Assembly: GCF_001194135.2 (NCBI RefSeq)
Contig: NC_069003.1
Span: 31,828,968 to 31,892,967 of the forward strand
Length of the DNA: 64,000 nucleotides
Source: Octopus bimaculoides
Lineage: Eukaryota
Direction of reading: 5' to 3'
Below are positions 53,531 through 62,564 of this stretch, in pieces. The notes under the pieces are model-generated. The model saw nothing but the letters and a program-made list of their open reading frames with translations. It was not told the origin of the DNA and did not search any database. Position 1 is the stretch's first letter; each line of letters begins with the position of its first letter. The translations under genes were made by a program, and so were the position numbers.

Positions 53531-54239
53531 CTCAACAGCAAGTTAGACAATTTACTATGTGTGTGCACAGTTGTGTCTTTCCAAGGCAACCACCCCTGAT
53601 TCAGAAAAATCAGTACTCTGGAAAGGTTTTGAAACAATAAGCAGACCCCATTCCAAACCACCCACCTCAGAAAATATTTTAGTCACCAGTATAGCAAAAG
53701 GCATAAAATTTATTTATGTATAAGTCGTGGCATGTACATATGTACATGACAAACTTACAAATAATAGAAGAAAATAATATATCAAGAATGAGTTGTATAA
53801 AAAGTAATTCTTTATGGAAGAGTGGTCCCACCTTTTGCCTTTAACTGAAGAAGTAAATCCTTACAAAATGAATAGGCCCACTGCCAACTAACCCATCTGC
53901 CCTCACTCTCCATTCTGTCTGGTCTGGTCAGGTATGCACTGACATTGAAAAGAAGCAAATAAAAGTGAAATAATCATAACCTTAATATTAACAACCTCAC
54001 GGGTCTTTTTCCACATAGAGAAACTTGAAAAAATTTATCAGAGTCCAATTTTAATCAGGAATATTTTCTTGAAAACCTTATATTCTAACATTTTTTTTAT
54101 AGATAGCCAATAATCCATAAAATGAGAAAGGGTAGTACCGAAGACCTTTTCATGGGGGCTCAAGAGAAAGGATAATATCAAAGACTTTTTCATGGGAATC
54201 ATGAAGCTGTATGTATTGTAGATGGAAAAAAATACTTAC

Positions 54240-54661
54240 CAAACGACATTTCTCACAGGGTGAAGAACTTCCAGTACTTATGCTATCTGCTTTCTGAACT
54301 TTCTTACCCCTTTTCCATTTAAATGGGCTTTTGCTCTTGTCAGTACTCCGAGTTTTAGTTAGATCTGGTCTGCTGCCATCAACTTGCGTTGGTGGAGAGT
54401 CTTGCATGATTTTAGAGCTGTCTGACAGCCTAGGAGAATCGGTAGACTTCTCATCATCTGTTAATCTTGTGGAGTCTAAAATTTTGGCTGTGTCCCCACT
54501 TTTGATTGTATCACTGCTCTTAACGGAATCGGAACTCTTGGTAGACTCCAGACTTTTGGTCGTCTCACAGCTTTTTGAAACATCTGTAACGGTTACGGTG
54601 GGGACTTCTCCAGCGTTATCGACCATGAGCCACTCATCATTCTTTGCAGCAGTATTCCCAG
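54240..54661 (-). CDS. TBC1D2B: Coding exon (422 nt, phase 1-0), Ser/Thr/Lys-rich linker of a TBC1D2/TBC1D2B-like Rab-GAP
   Basis: ttttttccAG at 54662-54663 and GTAAGT at 54238-54239. Open frame GNTAAKNDEWLMVD...SPCEKCRL; NDEWLMVD resembles NEEWELLD of TBC1D2B. Ends in phase 0, matching the next exon. Confidence 0.85.
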
Positions 54662-54759
54662 CTGGAAAAAAAACCATTGACAACATAGAGTTAATAAGAC
54701 GACACACATGAAACATTATTTACATTTGACGGATATTTATCCTCATCTTGTTTGTTGCT

Positions 54760-54802
54760 AACACATTTCGGCTGATATACCCTCCAGCCTTCGTCAGGTG
54801 TC
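54760..54802 (-). ncRNA. Hammerhead-like motif with a damaged stem III, inside a tRNA-headed repeat
   Basis: gacac CUGACGA a ggctg-gagggtatat-cagcc GAAA t gtgtt. Stems I and II are intact; stem III is collapsed. Confidence 0.6.
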
Positions 54803-54880
54803 TTGGGGAAATTTCGAACCTGGGTTCTCATTCCTAACGATGTTACTATTATTATATTGTTATTATTATTATTATTCCAC

Positions 54881-54940
54881 GGGCATATGGCGTAGTGGTT
54901 AAGAGCGCGGGCTACTAACCCCAAGGTTCCGAGTTCGATT
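54881..54940 (+). mobile_element. tRNA-like (Pol III) head of the hammerhead-bearing element, truncated in the B box
   Basis: A box TGGCGTAGTGG and B box GAGTTCGATT. The insertion is bounded by the 13-bp direct repeat cacacatgaaaca (54703-54715 and 54941-54953). Confidence 0.65.
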
Positions 54941-55311
54941 CACACATGAAACAGTTTTTTTTTTTTTTTCATAAAGTCAAGCAGAAAAGCTTAATAATCG
55001 GTAAAAACTGAATTGAAATGCCAAACACTTACCACTCTAGAAGTCATAATAAACAAGAAGTGTGTGTGTGTGTGTGTGCACGTTCTTGACCATTATGCCA
55101 TATGTCTGTGGGCATATGGCGTACTGGAGGACAAACAAGATGAGGACAAATATCCGTTGAATGTAAATAATGTAAATAATGTAAATAATATAAATAATGT
55201 AAATAATGCACATAATTCCTCATCTCTTAAATATAGAACTGAACTAACTTTATATCAGTGCATAAACAAGCACATAAACATTATAATATATACATACATA
55301 CATACATACAT

Positions 55312-55358
<47 letters not shown>

Positions 55359-55436
55359 TACACATATTCGTTGATGCCATTCCCTATGTAGGTACAAAAG
55401 TAATTCTTTCCCAAATAAACTGCACTTCATATTCAA

Positions 55437-55517
55437 GGCTCTGATGAAGCTATAAGGTGTTATTCAGGCACTCAACTATGTGTCCACTGCATCTCATAGC
55501 AGAAACAGCTGTAAGCT
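55437..55517 (+). ncRNA. Minimal type-I hammerhead-like motif with a perfect palindromic stem III
   Basis: ggct CUGAUGA a gctat...atagc a GAA ACAGCUGU A agct; predicted GUA site after 55513. Confidence 0.55.
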
Positions 55518-55561
55518 ACTGAAGATAATAAGGTAATCTATTCCTTTATCATCTAGCTTTC

Positions 55562-55623
<62 letters not shown>

Positions 55624-55779
55624 ATGTGAGTGTGTGTGTGCTCACACATGTGTGTGTAACCACATTTCCCAATGTGTTCTTCACATTTATTTTCAAATGG
55701 TAAGGAGTGATATGAAGGACCTTTGGCTGCTCTTTCTAACAAGTTTTAAGTTATGATACTTTTTTTTTTTTATATATAT

Positions 55780-56600
55780 CCTGAGATCAAATCCTGTCAA
55801 GATCAACTATGTCTTTCATCTTGCAGGGGGTCAATAAAATAAAATTCCAATCAAATACTGTAACATAAAGAACATTTGGTTGCTATTTCTAGCATGTCTT
55901 TAGTTATGACACTTTGCTCTACATTCTGAGCTCAAACCCAGCTAAGATCAACTTTGCCTTTCATCCTGCAGGGGTCAATAACATAAAATACTGATCAAAT
56001 AGTGTTTCATATAAAGGACATTTAGTTGCTATTTCTAGCAAGTCTTTAGTCAGGACACTTTGCTTTACGTTCTGAGGTCAAGTCCTGCTAAGATCAACCT
56101 TGCCTTAAAAATTTCAGGGTTCAATGAAATGAAGTACCAATCAAATAGCAGCACTGATTTAACATTCCTATAAAGCATCCTTGATGTTAAATCATAATAC
56201 TAGACTAAGACTAACATTAAATTTTATCCTTTTGGCATTGATATAATATAGTACCAGCAAAGTACTGAGGTTGATTCAATATTCTTATTAAACAGCCTAG
56301 ATGTGAATAGAATTATAATAGAAAACTAAGACTGGCTTTATCTTTCATCTTCCTAGGATCAATAAAATAGTGTCAGTTTAATATTGCTATAAAACATCCT
56401 AAATATGAACAAAATTATAATAGAAGACTAACTTTGCCATTAATCCTTCTGGGGTTAATAAAATACTAGCCAAGCAGCGGAATCAATTTAATATTCCTTC
56501 CTATAAAGTATCCTAGATGTGAAAGAAATTATAATAGAAGATTAACTCTGCCTTTTCTCCTACCGGGGTTAATAAAATAAAGTACCAGTCAAACAGTTAT
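55780..56600 (+). repeat. Degenerate tandem array (units of about 100-130 bp) built from the SINE family B core
   Basis: Repeated aagatcaactttgcctttcatcctgcaggggtcaataaaataaa...ta variants with increasing divergence. Confidence 0.7.
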
Positions 56601-57392
56601 GTTAATTTGATAATCCGATAAAGCATCCTAGATGTGAGTGACATAAGCATAGCTCTGTGGTTAAGAAGTTTGCTTCCCAACCATGTGGTCTTGGGTTCAG
56701 TCCCACTGTGTGGCATCTTGGTAATGTGTAATTTACTACAGCCATAGGTTGACCAAAAACCTTGTGAGTGAAATTAGTAGATGGAGACTAAAAGAAACCC
56801 ATTGTATGTATGTATGTATATGTNNNNNNNNNNNNNNNNNNNNNNNNNNNNNNNNNNNNNNNNNNNNNNNNNNNNNNNNNNNNNNNNNNNNNNNNNNNNN
56901 NNNNNNNNNNNNNNNNNNNNNNNNNNNNNNNNNNNNNNNNNNNNNNNNNNNNNNNNNNNNNNNNNNNNNNNNNNNNNNNNNNNNNNNNNNNNNNNNNNNN
57001 NNNNNNNNNNNNNNNNNNNNNNNNNNNNNNNNNNNNNNNNNNNNNNNNNNNNNNNNNNNNNNNNNNNNNNNNNNNNNNNNNNNNNNNNNNNNNNNNNNNN
57101 NNNNNNNNNNNNNNNNNNNNNNNNNNNNNNNNNNNNNNNNNNNNNNNNNNNNNNNNNNNNNNNNNNNNNNNNNNNNNNNNNNNNNNNNNNNNNNNNNNNN
57201 NNNNNNNNNNNNNNNNNNNNNNNNNNNNNNNNNNNNNNNNNNNNNNNNNNNNNNNNNNNNNNNNNNNNNNNNNNNNNNNNNNNNNNNNNNNNNNNNNNNN
57301 NNNNNNNNNNNNNNNNNNNNNNNNNNNNNNNNNNNNNNNNNNNNNNNNNNNNNNNNNNNNNNNNNNNNNNNNNNNNNNNNNNNNNNNNNNNN

Positions 57393-57433
<41 letters not shown>

Positions 57434-57732
57434 TAATTTAGAGACAAACCACCATTCCACAACTCAGAGTCAATGAAGAACCCGTCCAAAACCATGCTGT
57501 GGGACATATACCATACAAAATACTAATCTAAAATTGTAATAATATATAATATTGGACAGTAAGATTATTACAATCATATAATATATAAGAGCAAATACTT
57601 TTAAAATCACAGCGAATACTGTACAAAGAAACATTCATCATAAAAATATTAATTTAAAAATCAAATAAAGTATAAATTTAAACAATAAAAATTAATACAA
57701 TAATATAATGTATAAAAGTAAGTACTTTTACA

Positions 57733-57853
57733 TTGACTACGCATGTTTCATGGGTGAATTAGGACTATATAAAATCATATAAGAAAACCATATCCAAGTT
57801 CATTAGAATGGAAAAATGATTTTACACCCAAAAGCAGTCACTCCTCAGGTCAA
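57733..57853 (-). ncRNA. Type-I hammerhead-like motif with an extended, structured stem II
   Basis: ttgac CUGAGGA gtg...gggtg taaaatcat...atgatttta...caccc at GAA AC augc GU A gtcaa. Stem I is a perfect 5 bp; predicted site after 57738. Confidence 0.65.
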
Positions 57854-58210
57854 ATTCCTAAAAAAACCTAAGAACCTAAAAGTTTAACTTACTTCAGAAT
57901 ATGATAAGGAATAAAAATAAGGAATAAAGATATATATAAAGAAACAAAACCCGTAATGTAATCCCTAAGTTAAAGACATTAATATTATTATTAAAAGTTA
58001 CGAGCTAAAAATATTCAAATAGAGTATTATTGTGAACAAGATTAATTCATTATGGAAAAGGTAAATAAATGTAAATACATGTTAGTGTATAAAGTTAATA
58101 AGGACATATGTCAATATTGTTTAGAATAAATTTTAAAAACATGACTTATCTGCAGGCGAATTACTGTAAATTAAACCGAAATAAGTGTACTTTAGCATTT
58201 ATACTGAAAA

Positions 58211-58230
58211 GTCACGTGATAAATATGGCG
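58211..58230 (+). promoter_or_regulatory. E-box/CLEAR-like GTCACGTGAT next to a YY1-like AATATGGCG
   Basis: Motif match only; a CpG-retaining patch in AT-rich DNA. Confidence 0.2.
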
Positions 58231-58333
58231 TCCATTACCCAGAGATAAACACGTATTATATTTACTATAATAATAACGAAATTATTGAAAAAGAAGGTCT
58301 ACCTAAGGTATATTGTTTATTAAAACTTTATTG

Positions 58334-58439
58334 CTCATAACAATCGTTTCAACACATCCTCTTTTAATCCCTTGCGTGTGGGAAACTATATACCTACTTG
58401 TGGTGCATCGCTCAGTGCAGAAGTATCTCATCAGGTGAG
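58334..58439 (-). ncRNA. Type-I hammerhead-like motif with a long loop II, apparently CpG-decayed
   Basis: ctcac CUGAUGA gatac...gtgtt GAA AC gauu GU U atgag, followed by AATAAA. Confidence 0.55.
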
Positions 58440-59176
58440 GTAGATCCAGTAACAATTGTGTAATTATTGTGGATGATGCTAGGTAGACAGTGAACTTGCT
58501 TTATCAGCATACTATTAGGAACATACTGAAAACTTAAATATATATATATATATATATATATAATCATTAACATCATCATTATCATTTAATGTCTGTTGTC
58601 CTTGCTGGCATGGGTTGGACAGTGTGGCCAGAGCTGGCAAGTTGGTGGGGTTGCACCAGATTCCAAACTGATTTGGCATGGTTTCTAGAGCTGGATGCCC
58701 TTCCTAATGGCAACCACTTTACAGAGTGTGCTGAGTGCTTTTACGTGGCACTGCATAGCCACTTTTACATGGCACCAGTGTTGGTTTGTTTCCATCCCCA
58801 CAACTTAGTAGTTCAGAAAAAGCGACTGATAGATAAAGTGCCAGATTTAAAAACAAGTAGAGGGGATTTATTTGAGTAAATCTCTTCAGGGCAGTGCTGC
58901 AGACACACACAATCTAATGATTGAAACAAGTAAAAGAAAGAAAAAAGCCAAGAGTGACTGGACGAAGTAGAAGTGGCAAATCCTTCTCTCACACACTAAC
59001 ACACAGAAGCATACACATACCTACAAATGCATATGCATACAAACATACGCACACATAAATGCACACACATACATACAAACTCATATACATACATACATAC
59101 AAACACACGTACACACGTACAAATACACACATGCTCATAAAAGTACAGCCTGGCACAGGCTGACAGGTACACACAT

Positions 59177-59213
<37 letters not shown>

Positions 59214-60644
59214 TACACACTAGCACACATGCTGACAGACAGACACACACACACGTTCAGATATGTACACAGATACTACACACAAATGTACAGAAGCTCA
59301 CACATTGAAAAGATACTGAAACACAAACCCACACACATATACACACGTACACGTACACACACACACTTGCTCACAAAAGTACACCTTGACACACAAACAC
59401 ACACACACGTACACACATATATACAGATACACAAAAGCACACACACATAGACATAAAAAAAGCACACACTAAGACATTCTTTAAACCACAATTTACACAC
59501 ACACACCACCACCACCATCAACAATATAATTTCGACCAAAACAGTAAATCTTCAGGTGAACAACTTGTAGTAACTGTCAAGTTACCAAAATGAAGAAATC
59601 AATATTCTATTTATAAGTCAACAGATTTCTCTATTTATAGACAAAATACTGGACAAGAGAAGCTGATTTTTAACCACATTGTACCAACACACCAATATAC
59701 TGTACCTTTACAATATAACCCAAACACACTAGAATACTCTACTTTCACATTGGTACACTATGACAACACACTACCAACACTGTGCTTATATTGTGGTATA
59801 GGCATAGTACCACAGTGTATCATATCACCACAATACATACTGTGTCTATACATTGCATGCTTATTCTTTAATCATACATCTTTTATTTTTTACTTTGTTT
59901 CAATCACTGGACTGTGGGCATGCTGGGGCACTGCCTTGAAGGGTTTTAGCTGAACAAATCAACATCAATATTTATACCATTTTTTTTTTTTTTTTGTGCG
60001 GGTGGCACATGAAATGCACCATTTTGAGCGTGGCCGTTGCCAGTACCGCCTGACTGGCCTTCGTGCGGGTGACACGTAAAAGCACCCACTACACTCTCTG
60101 AGTGGTTGGCCTTAGGAAGGGCATCCAGCTGTAGAAACTCTGCCAAATCAGATTGGAGCCTGGTGTAGCCATCTGGTTTTATCAGTCCTCAGTCAAATNN
60201 NNNNNNNNNNNNNNNNNNNNNNNNNNNNNNNNNNNNNNNNNNNNNNNNNNNNNNNNNNNNNNNNNNNNNNNNNNNNNNNNNNNNNNNNNNNNNNNNNNNN
60301 NNNNNNNNNNNNNNNNNNNNNNNNNNNNNNNNNNNNNNNNNNNNNNNNNNNNNNNNNNNNNNNNNNNNNNNNNNNNNNNNNNNNNNNNNNNNNNNNNNNN
60401 NNNNNNNNNNNNNNNNNNNNNNNNNNNNNNNNNNNNNNNNNNNNNNNNNNNNNNNNNNNNNNNNNNNNNNNNNNNNNNNNNNNNNNNNNNNNNNNNNNNN
60501 NNNNNNNNNNNNNNNNNNNNNNNNNNNNNNNNNNNNNNNNNNNNNNNNNNNNNNNNNNNNNNNNNNNNNNNNNNNNNNNNNNNNNNNNNNNNNNNNNNNN
60601 NNNNNNNNNNNNNNNNNNNNNNNNNNNNNNNNNNNNNNNNNNNN

Positions 60645-60697
<53 letters not shown>

Positions 60698-61461
60698 GGT
60701 TGAGATGACCAGAAACCAATGCACTTTAGGTCTTTTATATGAATTTACCTTTTGGAAGTAGGGGGAAATTCTAATGAGAACTACAGGTCCTTCATCCCTA
60801 ATTGTTCATGTGATAGTTAAACCATACCCAGGGCTCTAGCAGATGCTACTACTTTGGGTCAGAATGGATTTGGAAACAATAGTAGCTAAGAAGTGGTTCC
60901 ACAATCTTCAAAACCTTGGCACTCCAAAACCAGAACCCTTCTATACACATATGTAAATACACACACACACATACATGCACACGCATACACATACACACAT
61001 ACATGGAGAGAGAAAAGACATACGTGAATGATATTATTAAATGGAATTGTTATGGGTTTCACACACTTTAATTAAAGTGGCTCATAATTCATCTGCTAAT
61101 TAGAACCATAATGCTGGATATTGATATGAAAATTTTCAAGTAAATTGCTACACAACCAATGGAGTCACTCCAAAGATCAAACGCAAAGCATGCTAGTTAC
61201 GGAACAGACATCATAAGTGTAAGGTGATGGTGATGGTGATGGTGATGGTGATGGTGGTGGTGGTGGTGGTGGTGCTGACGACGACGGTGATGGTGACGGT
61301 GGTGGTGGTAATGGAAAAAAAAATATGTTGGTGCCGTGAGTGAAGATACTGGTGTGTTAAGATATATGCTTATATACATATGTATGTATATATCTACATA
61401 CTTATGTATGTATATATATATATATATATAAATGTATACATATATATTATACATTGAGACT

Positions 61462-61785
61462 CCCGTTGGTCATGACTGACCATGGGATTGCACCTAGACA
61501 GTTACCCTCCCAGGCACAAGTCCGGGTAAGTTGGTTTTATGGAAGACCAGCAGTCGCCCATGCATACCGGCCTCCCCTCTCCATGCCACAAGGGAAAGGC
61601 AAAGGGGCCGATACAGCTTGGCACCTGTGACGTCGCAACTCATTTCTACAGCTGAGTGATCTGGAGCAATGTGAAATAAAGTGACTTGCTCAAGAACACA
61701 ACATGCAGCCCAGTCCGGCATTCGAACTCACAACCCCACGATCGTAAGCTCGATGCTCTAACCACTGAGCCATGCGCCTTCACAT
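61462..61785 (-). mobile_element. tRNA-derived SINE family D, relatively intact copy
   Basis: Head ggcgcatggctcagtggttagagc...gagttcgaatgcc (A and B boxes), then cttgagcaagtcactttatttcacattgctccag. Other copies at 52030-52368(+), 63594-63932(+), 47320-47600(+), 14500-14820(-), 17400-17590(-), 18450-18700(-) and 49790-50050(-). Confidence 0.85.
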
Positions 61786-62000
61786 NNNNNNNNNNNNNNN
61801 NNNNNNNNNNNNNNNNNNNNNNNNNNNNNNNNNNNNNNNNNNNNNNNNNNNNNNNNNNNNNNNNNNNNNNNNNNNNNNNNNNNNNNNNNNNNNNNNNNNN
61901 NNNNNNNNNNNNNNNNNNNNNNNNNNNNNNNNNNNNNNNNNNNNNNNNNNNNNNNNNNNNNNNNNNNNNNNNNNNNNNNNNNNNNNNNNNNNNNNNNNNN

Positions 62001-62035
<35 letters not shown>

Positions 62036-62519
62036 TATATATATATATTTCGATTCTTCAAAAGTCAATAATTCTGCAGTAGCTGGCATATATTATAATT
62101 GCTAGCATGCAATAATGTCCTTCAAGCATAAAGAATTCTTAGAAATTGTGCAAGCTTTCAATTTTGTCAATTTCTTCTCAAGGCAAAGTAATTTTAAGTG
62201 CCAAGAATTAATAACAATGTGCATTATATATATATAGTGTTAGACTACAAAGATACATTTCCTTTTATAGACAAGAGGTAGGCAGTGCTATGAATAGATT
62301 GGTTGACACATCAAAGGAGAAGTCTACTGAAAGGATATCACAAATGCCTAAGAGCTACCAGGGTCATTCAACTAGAACTAATGATGGTCAGATCTGCAAG
62401 GATAAGGTGAACTACACTGACAGCAATCTACAACTGAAATATAACAACGAGAAGGAGACATCGAAGGTAGGCCAAGGTGTTTGACAAAAAAAAAAAAAAA
62501 AAAAAAAAAAAATTCTTAC

Positions 62520-62564
62520 TGTTGAAAATGCGTTTTCTCAGTGTTGGAGAAATAGAAAGACTGA
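62520..62564 (-). CDS. TBC1D2B: Probable 45-nt coding exon of the TBC1D2B-like gene (xSLSISPTLRKRIFN, phase 1-1)
   Basis: Acceptor atttatttttccAG at 62565-62566 and donor GTAAGA at 62518-62519. Open in phase 1 and joins the next exon as ...RKRIFN-T-GNTAAKNDEW, loosely resembling RRTVFYTNEEW of vertebrate TBC1D2B (recalled). Confidence 0.5.

Larger units (their letters stand above)
11430..62000. other. Assembly gaps (about 14 N runs spread over this span), most flanked by microsatellites
   Basis: N runs at about 11430, 14462, 15821, 26228, 27159, 32703, 38371, 41398, 44338, 45822, 48698, 56824, 60199 and 61786. Confidence 0.99.

Noticed and set aside
54331-54711. Plus-strand 126-aa ORF
   Set aside because: It is the antisense shadow of the repetitive exon 54240-54661.
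59520-59560. Minus-strand CUGAAGA...gucGAAA
   Set aside because: Stems I and II do not pair adequately.
61725-61785. tRNA-like sequences with A and B boxes (also at 52030, 54881 and 63594)
   Set aside because: They lack a complete acceptor stem and continue into repeat bodies, so they are SINE heads, not tRNA genes.
62290-62484. 64-aa plus-strand ORF followed by poly-A
   Set aside because: At best a very decayed RTE C-terminus (GHSTRTNDGQICK). The poly-A is adequately explained as an intronic poly-U tract beside the 62520 donor.
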